In this document: piece after piece, positions 16,462 through 25,282 of the stretch
Numbering within the stretch: position 1 is the stretch's first letter
Layout: every line of letters begins with the position of its first letter
Assembly: GCA_900552235.1 (NCBI GenBank)
Contig: URYZ01000002.1
Span: 1-55,842, forward strand
Length of the DNA stretch: 55,842 nt
Direction of reading: 5' to 3'
Source: an uncultured Mycoplasmatota bacterium
GTDB taxonomy: Bacteria; Bacillota_I; Bacilli_A; RF39; UBA660
Translations under genes and position numbers: made by a program
The notes under the pieces: model-generated
What the model was told of the DNA's origin: nothing
The model's input: the letters and a program-made list of their open reading frames with translations, nothing else
The model's database searches: none

Positions 16462-17535
16462 CTAATCTAAAATAAAATCACATAAAATATAGTTTTCAAC
16501 AAATAAATATTTTTTAGGAATATAAAAATAATACTTATTTTCATTTAATTTACTTACATCAAATACATCTTTTATATTTATATTATATTTTTTATAAAAA
16601 TTTTTTTTAGATATTCCTTTTATCTTTCTTAAATTTAAAATCATTTCATATTCCATATTTCTTTTATTATCTATTTTTTCTTTTATATATCTATAATTAC
16701 CATTTATATATGAATTAAGACTTCTTGTATTAGTATATCTAATATTATCTACAAAACCACTTGATCCTAGACCAAAGCCATAATAATTATCATTATTCCA
16801 ATAACATAAATTATGTTTAGACATATAACCTTTTTTACTAAAATTACTTATTTCATAATGAATATAATTATTCTTTTTTAATGTTTTTCTAATGTAATCA
16901 TACATTTTCCTATTTAAATCATCATCTATTTCTTTATATTTTTTTGTTTTAAGAATTGTATTATCTTCAAGTATTAATGAATATAATGATATATGATTTA
17001 CATCTAAATTTATAAAGCTATCTACTTCTTCTTGTAATTCTTTTAATGTTTCATTATTAATACCATATATTAAATCTATATTTATATTATTAAAATATTT
17101 TTTTACTAAATTTATTTTATCTGTAATTTCTTTTTTATTTAAATATTTTCTATTCATAAACTCTATATATTTTTTATTAAATGATTGAAGTCCTATACTT
17201 ATACGATTAACTTTATTTTCTTTTAAAAATATTAATAATTTTTCATTAATGTCTTCAATATTACATTCAAAAGTAAATTCATAAGTTTTATTAAGTTTAA
17301 ATATACTTATTATTTTAAATAACTTTTTTAAAGATATTTCATCTAAACAAGATGGTGTCCCTCCCCCAATGTAAAGAGTATTTAATAAATCATTTTTATA
17401 ATATAAATTTATTTCTTTTTCTAAAGACAATAAATATTTATCTATAAAATCTTTATTATAATACATTTTACAAAAATCACAGTAACTACAAATATTTTTA
17501 CAAAAAGGTATATGTATATAACAACTTTTTATCAT
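16462..17535 (-). CDS. hemW: radical-SAM heme chaperone HemW (HemN-like)
   Basis: It has the YIHIPFCKNICSYCDF CxxxCxxC motif and the conserved position downstream of lepA. It ends in TAG. Confidence 0.9.
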   Translation of the reverse strand: MIKSCYIHIPFCKNICSYCDFCKMYYNKDFIDKYLLSLEKEINLYYKNDLLNTLYIGGGTPSCLDEISLKKLFKIISIFKLNKTYEFTFECNIEDINEKLLIFLKENKVNRISIGLQSFNKKYIEFMNRKYLNKKEITDKINLVKKYFNNINIDLIYGINNETLKELQEEVDSFINLDVNHISLYSLILEDNTILKTKKYKEIDDDLNRKMYDYIRKTLKKNNYIHYEISNFSKKGYMSKHNLCYWNNDNYYGFGLGSSGFVDNIRYTNTRSLNSYINGNYRYIKEKIDNKRNMEYEMILNLRKIKGISKKNFYKKYNINIKDVFDVSKLNENKYYFYIPKKYLFVENYILCDFILD

Positions 17536-17975
17536 TATTTATGCCTTTTATTAAATTCAAATAATGATTTTATCATTGATAGATCATTATCTGTTACATA
17601 TTTTGTTAAAATATCATATAAAGTAGATTTAGGAATACTATATTTTTCTGCAAACTCTCTTAAAGACATTATTTCTTCTTTATTGTTATTATTAAAAGCT
17701 TTAGTAAATTCATTACATAAATATTCAATTTCTTCTTGGGTATAAGAAGAATGTTTTTTACCAGTTTGTCCTCCCTTAATATTTCTTAATTTAGATGTTT
17801 CATCTATTTTTATTCTTACTTTTTCATATAGTTTTTTATCTATTTCAGGTAATAATGTATTTATATGATTTTGTAAAGTTCGTTTTGATATATTTAATTC
17901 ATCTGATATTTCTTCAAGTGTTTTATTTTTACTATATAAAATATATTCTGCTTCATATTTAATTTTTTCTTCCAT
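17535..17975 (-). CDS. SpoIIID-like DNA-binding protein with an extra C-terminal HTH
   Basis: The ATG at 17975 has its SD (AAAGGTGGA) inside the 3' end of lepA. KTLEEISDELNISKRTLQNHINTLLPEIDKKLYEKVRIKIDETSKLRNIKGGQTG aligns with B. subtilis SpoIIID (VSKSTVHKDLTERLPEINPDLANEV...RGGEAT). A second HTH follows (MSLREFAEKYSIPKSTLYDIL). The stop and the hemW start overlap in a TAATG. Confidence 0.55.
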   Translation of the reverse strand: MEEKIKYEAEYILYSKNKTLEEISDELNISKRTLQNHINTLLPEIDKKLYEKVRIKIDETSKLRNIKGGQTGKKHSSYTQEEIEYLCNEFTKAFNNNNKEEIMSLREFAEKYSIPKSTLYDILTKYVTDNDLSMIKSLFEFNKRHK

Positions 17976-17976
17976 A

Positions 17977-19773
17977 TTAATCATCCACCTTTAAAATACT
18001 TAAGAAAGCATCACTTGGAAGTTCAACACTTCCTATTGTTTTCATTTTCTTTTTACCTTCTTTTTGCTTTTCAAGAAGTTTTCTTTTTCTTGAAACATCC
18101 CCTCCATAACATTTAGCAAGAACATCTTTTCGCATTTGTTTAACTGTTTCTCTTGCTATAATTTTTGAGCCGATTGCAGCTTGAATTGGAACTTCAAATA
18201 ACTGTCTTGGAATTATTTCTTTTAAATTTTCACATATAATTTTACCTCTATTATAACTAAAATCTTTATGCGTAATAATACTTAAAGCATCAACAAGTTC
18301 ACCATTTAGTAAAATATCAACTTTTACTAAATCACTTGTTTTATATCCAATAACTTCATAATCAAAAGAAGCATATCCTTTAGTAGCACTTTTTAATTTA
18401 TTAAAAAAGTCATAAACAATTTCTGCAAGAGGAAGTTCATAATGAATATTAACTCTTGTTTTATCTATATAATCTAATCCTTTATATATTCCTCTTTTAT
18501 TTTGACATAATTCCATTACTTGGCCTATATAAGTACTTGGTGTAAAAATAGATGCTTTAATGAATGGCTCTTTTATTTCTTTTATTAATGTTTTATCTGG
18601 TAATTTACTTGGACTATCAATCATTTCAGTTTTACCATTATTTAAAATAACTTCATAAATAACACTTGGAGATGTTGCAATTATATCTATTTTAAATTCT
18701 CTTTCTATTCTTTCTTTTATTATATCTAAATGAAGAAGGCCTAAAAAACCACATCTAAAACCAAAGCCTAAAGCTTTTGATGTTTCAGGAGTATATTCTA
18801 AAGAAGCATCACTTAATTTTAATTTTTCTAAAGCTTCCTTTAAATCATCATACTTTTTAGAATCAATTGGATATATACCACAGTAAACAAATGGTTTTAT
18901 TTCTTTATATCCTTTTAACGCTTCAGCACATGGATCTTTTTGTAAAGTTATCGTATCTCCTACTCTTACATCACTAATACTTTTAATACTAGCAGTAATA
19001 AATCCTACTTCTCCTTCAGTTAAAATATCACACATTTTTTCTTTAGGAGTATGAATACCAACATTTACTACTTCATAACTAGCATTTGTTTTCAACATTT
19101 TAATTGTATCACCCTTTTTTAAAGTTCCAGAAAATATTCTTACTGCAAGAACAACTCCTAAATAAGGGTCAAAATGAGAGTCAAAAATTAATGCTTGTAA
19201 TTTATCTGTTTCATTTTTTCTAGGACATGGTACAACCTCAATAACTTTTTCTACTAATTCTTTTATACCTATTCCTTCTTTAGCACTGCATAAAATAATA
19301 TCATCTTCATTAAAACCTAAAGTATCTATTATTTCTTTTTTTACTCTATCAACTTCTGCATTTGGTAAGTCAATTTTATTAATAATAGGTATTATTGTTA
19401 AATCATTATCCATAGCAAGATAAAGGTTAGCAAAAGTTTGAGCTTCAATACCTTGTGTTGCATCAACAACTAAAATTGCTCCTTCACATGCTGCTAAAGA
19501 ACGTGATACTTCATAAGTAAAATCAACATGTCCTGGAGTATCAATTAAATTAAGTAAATAATCTTCCCCTTTATAATTATAATTTAAACTAACAGCATTA
19601 AGTTTAATTGTTATTCCACGCTCTCTTTCAAGTTCCATTGAATCTAAAAGTTGACTTTTCATATCTCTTTTTTCTACTGCATTTGTAAGTTCTAAAATAC
19701 GATCAGCAATTGTAGATTTACCATGGTCTATATGTGCAATAATTGAAAAATTTCTTATGTTTTCTCTTTTCAT
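17977..19773 (-). CDS. lepA: translation elongation factor 4
   Basis: It has [21 protein letters not shown] and NKIDL GTPase motifs, and a LepA C-terminal domain. Confidence 0.97.
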   Translation of the reverse strand: MKRENIRNFSIIAHIDHGKSTIADRILELTNAVEKRDMKSQLLDSMELERERGITIKLNAVSLNYNYKGEDYLLNLIDTPGHVDFTYEVSRSLAACEGAILVVDATQGIEAQTFANLYLAMDNDLTIIPIINKIDLPNAEVDRVKKEIIDTLGFNEDDIILCSAKEGIGIKELVEKVIEVVPCPRKNETDKLQALIFDSHFDPYLGVVLAVRIFSGTLKKGDTIKMLKTNASYEVVNVGIHTPKEKMCDILTEGEVGFITASIKSISDVRVGDTITLQKDPCAEALKGYKEIKPFVYCGIYPIDSKKYDDLKEALEKLKLSDASLEYTPETSKALGFGFRCGFLGLLHLDIIKERIEREFKIDIIATSPSVIYEVILNNGKTEMIDSPSKLPDKTLIKEIKEPFIKASIFTPSTYIGQVMELCQNKRGIYKGLDYIDKTRVNIHYELPLAEIVYDFFNKLKSATKGYASFDYEVIGYKTSDLVKVDILLNGELVDALSIITHKDFSYNRGKIICENLKEIIPRQLFEVPIQAAIGSKIIARETVKQMRKDVLAKCYGGDVSRKRKLLEKQKEGKKKMKTIGSVELPSDAFLSILKVDD

Positions 19774-19828
19774 ATCTAAATCACCTTTTCCATCTTTTAT
19801 TATTTTATCATAAAATTTCTTATTATGC

Positions 19829-19857
19829 TTGTTTTTCTTTAAATTTACCTTTATAAT
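19829..19857 (+). promoter_or_regulatory. promoter TTGTTT - 17 nt - TATAAT
   Basis: The hexamers at 19829-19834 and 19852-19857 lie about 20 nt upstream of the AGGAGG SD of the following gene. Confidence 0.45.
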
Positions 19858-19878
19858 TTATACTAGGAGGACAAAAGT

Positions 19879-20562
19879 ATGAAAAGGGAAAAGAATTTTT
19901 ATTATTTTTTAACAATGATTATATTTATTATTTGTTTTACAACATCAATTATTCTTGCATGTAGAACAATTAAAGTTGGTAAATTAGCTGTTACAGCAAG
20001 TATTTTATTTTATCCAATGACTTATTTTATTGCAACACTATTTGCAGAAAGGTATGGCAAAGAAAAAACATTTATGATGTTTAATTATGCTGTATTTGCC
20101 CTTATCTTCATGGCAATAATGCTTACAATTACATCTTGTATTCCTATATATGGAGCATATGACGGATTAGATAAAATCTTTAATATTGATTTTAAATTAA
20201 TTTTTGCATCAATTCTTGCTTTCTATGCTTCACAATTTTTAAATTTAAAAATATATTATTATCTTGAAGGATATAAAGGATTTAAATTTTTAATTTCAGG
20301 TGTAATTGCTATAACAATAGATTCATTCTTATTTATAATGCTATCTAATATTGGTGTATTATCTCTTGGAGATAGTTTTGTAAAATTCATAAATCAATTT
20401 ATCATGGGTATAGTTATGGTTATATTCTACACTTTATGTTTTACATATTTAGTAGATTCCGTTATAAAAAGCAATAAAAAAGAATTAGAATTAGAAATAG
20501 AAAAACCTAAAGTAAAGAAAACTACTTCTAAAAAAAGAACAACAAAAAAGGAAACAAAATAA
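19879..20562 (+). CDS. queuosine-precursor transporter family (YhhQ/Vut_1-like) membrane protein
   Basis: It is a six-TM protein. ILFYPMTYFIATLFAERYGKEKT is the characteristic motif of the YhhQ/DUF165 family. It has a Lys-rich tail. Confidence 0.65.
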   Translation: MKREKNFYYFLTMIIFIICFTTSIILACRTIKVGKLAVTASILFYPMTYFIATLFAERYGKEKTFMMFNYAVFALIFMAIMLTITSCIPIYGAYDGLDKIFNIDFKLIFASILAFYASQFLNLKIYYYLEGYKGFKFLISGVIAITIDSFLFIMLSNIGVLSLGDSFVKFINQFIMGIVMVIFYTLCFTYLVDSVIKSNKKELELEIEKPKVKKTTSKKRTTKKETK

Positions 20563-20577
20563 TGTTTCCTTTTTTTA
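20550..20577 (+). terminator. rho-independent terminator
   Basis: The stem GGAAACA / TGTTTCC (20550-20556 with 20563-20569) encloses the stop codon and is followed by a T8 run. Confidence 0.75.
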
Positions 20578-20601
20578 TTTTATAAATTCAGTTACATTAA
20601 A

Positions 20602-21216
20602 CTATATTTGTTTTTCTAAACTTTCTTCTAAGCTATATTTACAACCACAGTAATGTTGTCGATATAAATTATATTTTTTTGAATATTCAATTGATTTTTT
20701 ATATCCATCTTTTTTCTTAAAATCGGCGTATAGATATTTAACATTATATTTTTTCTCTAATGTTTTCCCTAAATCATTTAAAATAACACTATTTTTATAA
20801 GGACTAACAGAAAGAGTTGTTGTAAAATAATCAAAATTATTTCTTTTAGCAAGTTTTGCTGTTTTTTCTAATCTTAAATTAAAACATTTTGTACATCTTA
20901 TCCCACCTTCAGGAAAGTTTTCATATCCTTTAGCTACTTTATCAAATTCTTCATTTTCATAATCACATTCAAGTATTTTTATTTCATTATTAAACATTTC
21001 TTTAATTATTCTTTTTTGTTCACTATATCTTTTATCATATTCTTCTTTAGGATATATATTAGGATTATAGTAAACTATTGTTATATCAAAGTAATCTTTT
21101 AAATAATTTAAAACATAACTACTACAAGGTCCACAGCAAGAATGAATAAGTAGTGTTTTTTTACTATCTAACGATTTTAAAGTTTCTTCTAAAACTAAAT
21201 CATAATTAATTTTCAT
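20602..21216 (-). CDS. queH: epoxyqueuosine reductase QueH (DUF208)
   Basis: It has LLIHSCCGPCSSYV, CTKCFNLRLEKTA and YRQHYCGC cysteine motifs, which are typical of QueH. Confidence 0.85.
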   Translation of the reverse strand: MKINYDLVLEETLKSLDSKKTLLIHSCCGPCSSYVLNYLKDYFDITIVYYNPNIYPKEEYDKRYSEQKRIIKEMFNNEIKILECDYENEEFDKVAKGYENFPEGGIRCTKCFNLRLEKTAKLAKRNNFDYFTTTLSVSPYKNSVILNDLGKTLEKKYNVKYLYADFKKKDGYKKSIEYSKKYNLYRQHYCGCKYSLEESLEKQI

Positions 21217-22582
21217 AAGTTTTATCTAAATACTCCACAACATTTGATAATTTTATACCATGTGATGCTTTAAGAAGAATTGTATCGCCTTTTTTTATAA
21301 TGTTATCTATATTTTTAATAACATCTTCATATGTATTAAAAACATAAATATTATCTTTATTAAAGTTATTTTTTATAACTTCATCATAAGTGTATTTTAT
21401 TGAATTCCCTACAAGAATTAATATATCAGTATTACCTATTATACTTTTACCAATATTTTTATGTATTTCTTCTTCATAACTACCAGTTTCAAGAACATCA
21501 CCAAGTATTGCCACTTTTCTTGTTTTAAAAGTACTTAAAACATTTAATGCTGATTTAATTGAATCTAAACTAGCATTATAACAATCATTTATAATTGTTA
21601 TATCTTTTTTATTTATAATAGTTAATCTACCTTCAGTAAATGAAACACTTTCTAAACCTTTTTTTATTTCCTCATAAGTTAAATTATAAAGATTTCCTAT
21701 AAGTATAGCAGACATAGCATTATAAATATTATGTTTTGCTATACTTGGAATTGTATAATCATATACTTTATTTTTAAAATTAACTTTAAAATTAATTTTA
21801 CCATTTACTATTTCATAAGAAACACAATAAATTGTATTATCTTTATCAAAACCATAAGTTAATAAATTGTATGGAAGCTTTTTATCTTTTAATGTTTTTA
21901 AAAAATTATCATCACCATTTACTATTAGGGTATTTTCTTTATTAAAGTCTTTTGCTATTTCCATTTTAGCATGAAAAATACCTTCTTGATTTTTAAAATT
22001 TGCAATATGACTTAATCCTATATTAGATATAACTGCGTGTTTTAATGGTGCGATAGTTTTAAAATAAGAAATATCACCTTTTTTATCAATTCCCATTTCA
22101 ATAACAGCTTTTTCATAAGAATAATCTAAATTAAATAAAGTTTTAGGAATACCTATTTCATTATTATAATTAAGTTCATTTTTAAGTGTTTTATATTTTT
22201 CATTTAAAACACTATAAATTATATCTCTTGTTGATGTTTTACCCACACTTCCTGTTACTCCGATTAAGTCTACATTAAATTTATCTAAATAAAATCTAGC
22301 AAGACTTCCTAATGCTAATAATGTATCATTAACTTCAATCAAAGATATATCTTTTTTATAAAATTCATGATTTTTATCTATTATAAATATTCTACATCCA
22401 TTATTATAAGCATCTTCTAAAAAAGCATGTCCATCATATTTTTCTCCTTTTATAGGAATAAATAATGTATTTTCTTTTATATCTTTACTTGATGTTGATA
22501 TATATTCAACTTCTTTATTATTATTTAATAAAAGCTTTCCTTTGGTTGCTTTTACTATTTCATCTAAACTTAATTTTAACAT
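21206..22582 (-). CDS. murF: UDP-N-acetylmuramoyl-tripeptide--D-alanyl-D-alanine ligase
   Basis: The ATG at 22582 follows an AAGGGGGA SD. It has a Mur ligase P-loop GVTGSVGKTSTRD and sits in a murE-murF gene order. Confidence 0.9.
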   Translation of the reverse strand: MLKLSLDEIVKATKGKLLLNNNKEVEYISTSSKDIKENTLFIPIKGEKYDGHAFLEDAYNNGCRIFIIDKNHEFYKKDISLIEVNDTLLALGSLARFYLDKFNVDLIGVTGSVGKTSTRDIIYSVLNEKYKTLKNELNYNNEIGIPKTLFNLDYSYEKAVIEMGIDKKGDISYFKTIAPLKHAVISNIGLSHIANFKNQEGIFHAKMEIAKDFNKENTLIVNGDDNFLKTLKDKKLPYNLLTYGFDKDNTIYCVSYEIVNGKINFKVNFKNKVYDYTIPSIAKHNIYNAMSAILIGNLYNLTYEEIKKGLESVSFTEGRLTIINKKDITIINDCYNASLDSIKSALNVLSTFKTRKVAILGDVLETGSYEEEIHKNIGKSIIGNTDILILVGNSIKYTYDEVIKNNFNKDNIYVFNTYEDVIKNIDNIIKKGDTILLKASHGIKLSNVVEYLDKTYEN

Positions 22583-22592
22583 AATTTCCCCC

Positions 22593-24062
22593 TTATACAT
22601 TAACAGTATTTTTTGTTAATTCTTCAGCTACTTTTACATCCGATTTATAATAAACATACTCCCCATTAACAATTTGATATGTTTCATCTCCCTTACCAAT
22701 AACAGCAATAACATCATCATTAGAAGCATCATCATAAGCTTTTTTAATGGCAAGTTCTCTATCTTCAATTACTTCATATGGTTTATTGAATGGCTTTATA
22801 TATGAAATTATTTCATCACATATATCACTAATTTTTTTAGTTTGTGGATCATCTGCAGTTAAATAAATATAATCAGCATACATACCTGCCAAAATACCTA
22901 AATCTTTTCTTCTATTAACCCCTTTATCACCACTGCATCCAAATACAAGTCTTATCTTTGAATTAGGATAATCCTTCTTTAAAGCTTTCATTAAAGCATC
23001 AACACTTATCTTATTATGAGCATAATCTACGATTAGCGTACACTTTCCTTTATATATACTCATTCTTCCAATAACTTCTGTTTTTAAAAGTCCTTTTAAA
23101 ATACTTTCATAACTAATATTTAAAATAGAACAAATACCTATTACTAAACAAGCATTAATACAATTAAATTCTCCTGCAATAGTTATTTTATAATCTCTTG
23201 TTACATTATTTATATTATCAGTTACACTAAAAATTGTTCCTGTTTCATCTTTTCTAATATTAGAATAATAAAAATCACAAGAAGAATCATCACCAAAAGT
23301 ATAAATTTCTTTATCTTTTAATTCATAGGCAAATCTATCATACATTTCAATATTTTTATATAAAAATACTTTTTTACATTGTTTCAAAAAGCCTAATTTA
23401 CAATTAAAATATTCTTCAAAATCCTTATGTTCTAATGGTGAAACATGGTCATAACTAATATTAGTTATACCCCCTATATCAAAATTAAGGCCATAAATTC
23501 TATCTAATTTCTTAGCTTGAGATGATACTTCAAATGTTAAATATGGAATATTTTCATTTTTACAATCTCTTATTATTTTATATAAATCTACTATTTCAGG
23601 TGTTGTATTATGACTTGCTCCATATGTTTTACCTGTAAAATGATCTATTGTAGTCCAAAATCCTGTTTTTTGTTTTGCTTCATAATCTAAAATATTATGT
23701 AAAAAACTAACTGCAGTTGTTTTTCCTTTAGTACCTGTTATGCCTAAAAGAGTTAATTTAGAATTTTTATCATCATATACAAGTTCACTAGCTATTGCCA
23801 TTGCTTTTAATTCATCTTTTACAATAACTTTAGGAATATCAATATTTAAATCTTCTTTAGAAATATATGCTAAAACACCTTCATTTATTGATGATGTTAA
23901 ATATTCTTTTTTAAAATTTAATCCTTTAACAACAAAGATACAATTTTTATCAATTTTTCTTGAATCATAACATACATTTTCGATTTCTATATCTAAATTT
24001 CCTTCATAACTTACAAGTAAACCTTGTTCTTTTAATTTTTCTATTATTTTTACTAACTTCAT
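22593..24062 (-). CDS. murE: UDP-N-acetylmuramoyl-L-alanyl-D-glutamate--(L-Lys or other diamino acid) ligase
   Basis: It has the Mur ligase P-loop GITGTKGKTT. DDPQ (22853-22842) replaces the DNPR motif of meso-DAP-adding MurE enzymes. Confidence 0.85.
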   Translation of the reverse strand: MKLVKIIEKLKEQGLLVSYEGNLDIEIENVCYDSRKIDKNCIFVVKGLNFKKEYLTSSINEGVLAYISKEDLNIDIPKVIVKDELKAMAIASELVYDDKNSKLTLLGITGTKGKTTAVSFLHNILDYEAKQKTGFWTTIDHFTGKTYGASHNTTPEIVDLYKIIRDCKNENIPYLTFEVSSQAKKLDRIYGLNFDIGGITNISYDHVSPLEHKDFEEYFNCKLGFLKQCKKVFLYKNIEMYDRFAYELKDKEIYTFGDDSSCDFYYSNIRKDETGTIFSVTDNINNVTRDYKITIAGEFNCINACLVIGICSILNISYESILKGLLKTEVIGRMSIYKGKCTLIVDYAHNKISVDALMKALKKDYPNSKIRLVFGCSGDKGVNRRKDLGILAGMYADYIYLTADDPQTKKISDICDEIISYIKPFNKPYEVIEDRELAIKKAYDDASNDDVIAVIGKGDETYQIVNGEYVYYKSDVKVAEELTKNTVNV

Positions 24063-24104
24063 AAAAATTTCTCCTTAATATATAAATACATTATATCACA
24101 TTTT

Positions 24105-24135
24105 TTATAAAAGAAAAAAGAGCAATTATGCTCTT
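24105..24135 (-). terminator. rho-independent terminator of efp
   Basis: The stem AAGAGCA / TGCTCTT (24135-24129 with 24124-24118) spans the stop codon and is followed by TTTTTCTTTT. Confidence 0.7.
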
Positions 24136-24683
24136 GATACATATTTTCCATCTTTTGTTGATACAATTACTTTTTCGCCTTCATTTACAAATAAAGGAAT
24201 TCTTATAACCATACCAGTTTCAAGTGTTGCATCTTTCATTGCACTACTTTGTGTATTACCTTTTACTCCAGGTTCTGTTTTAACAACTTCCATTTCTATT
24301 TTATCAGGAAGATAAAGTCCTAGCATTTCACCTTCATAAAAAGCAATATCTACATCTAAGTTTTCTTTTAGAAATTTAGTATCATCACCAAGAACTTTAG
24401 CGTTTAATTCAACTTGAGAATAGTCATTCATATTCATGAATACATAATCATCACCATTTGCATATAAAAATTGCATTGGTTTTTTCTCAATTCTTGCTAA
24501 TTCTACTTTAGTTGCAGAGTTAAATGTTATTTCAATTGTAGCACCTGTTCTTAAATTTTTTAATTTTGTTCTAACAAATGCTGCCCCTTTCCCAGGCTTA
24601 ACATGTTGGAATTCAATAACCATAAATAAATTGCCTTCATATTTAATAGTCATTCCAGTTTTAAAATCATTTACATTAATCAT
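24126..24683 (-). CDS. efp: elongation factor P
   Basis: It has the VKPGKGAAFVRTKLKN loop with the modified Lys, and it is full length (185 aa). Confidence 0.95.
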   Translation of the reverse strand: MINVNDFKTGMTIKYEGNLFMVIEFQHVKPGKGAAFVRTKLKNLRTGATIEITFNSATKVELARIEKKPMQFLYANGDDYVFMNMNDYSQVELNAKVLGDDTKFLKENLDVDIAFYEGEMLGLYLPDKIEMEVVKTEPGVKGNTQSSAMKDATLETGMVIRIPLFVNEGEKVIVSTKDGKYVSRA

Positions 24684-24705
24684 ATTATCAAATCCTTTTT
24701 AATTA

Positions 24706-24870
24706 TTATTTTTCTTCTTTATGAGCTGTATGCTTTTTACATTTTGGGCAATATTTGTTTAATTCTAAACGATCAGTAGTCTTTTTTACATTTTTTTCTG
24801 TACGATAATTTTGTGATTTACATTCAGTACATGTAAGTGTTTTTCTTTGTCTATTTTCTAATTTTGCCAT
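24706..24870 (-). CDS. rpmG: 50S ribosomal protein L33 (zinc-ribbon form)
   Basis: This gene is not in the ORF track. My translation is [54 protein letters not shown] (54 aa). It has CxxC...CxxC and the SD is AGAGGTGA. Confidence 0.9.
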   Translation of the reverse strand: MAKLENRQRKTLTCTECKSQNYRTEKNVKKTTDRLELNKYCPKCKKHTAHKEEK

Positions 24871-25064
24871 AAATTTCACCTCTTAAACTTTCTTTAATAT
24901 TTGACAATTAAGTCAATTGCTCTTTAAATTATACATTATATTTGAATAAAATTCAACAAATTTTATATTATTTTTTTACTAATTTCCTTATTTTAGATGT
25001 TTTTCTAGCATAATTACACATTTTATTACAATATATCATAAATTTAATATGTGAAGATTGTTTA

Positions 25065-25277
25065 TCACTTATTATTATAAATATAATTTTTAAAATTATT
25101 TTCTAATTTATTATCTATAATATCATCATATAAATTATGATTTGGATAAAAGTTAGAAAGAATTATTTTAGATAAAACACCCTCTTCTTCAAGAATGCTT
25201 GGAAAAAGTTCGCGACATAACTTCATCATATTTTCACCATATTTTTTCTTTATTATTTCTAAATCTTTATTTAACAT
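25065..25277 (-). CDS. stand-alone duplicate of the N-terminal ~65 aa of the upstream LRR protein (small ORF or pseudogene remnant)
   Basis: The first 22 residues (MLNKDLEIIKKKYGENMMKLCR) and about 75 nt are nearly identical to 26833-26760, and similarity then decays. The ATG lies 5 nt after the stop of the upstream gene. Confidence 0.5.
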   Translation of the reverse strand: MLNKDLEIIKKKYGENMMKLCRELFPSILEEEGVLSKIILSNFYPNHNLYDDIIDNKLENNFKNYIYNNK

Positions 25278-25282
25278 AACTA

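Noticed and set aside
19774-19878. A preQ1 riboswitch upstream of the YhhQ-like transporter (ACCTTTATAATTTATACTAGGAGG superficially resembles the ACCC...AAAAAACUAAGG tail).
   Set aside because: There is no complementary 5' strand to form P1. The TATAAT in this segment, with TTGTTT 17 nt upstream, is better read as the promoter itself, which leaves a leader of only ~20 nt.
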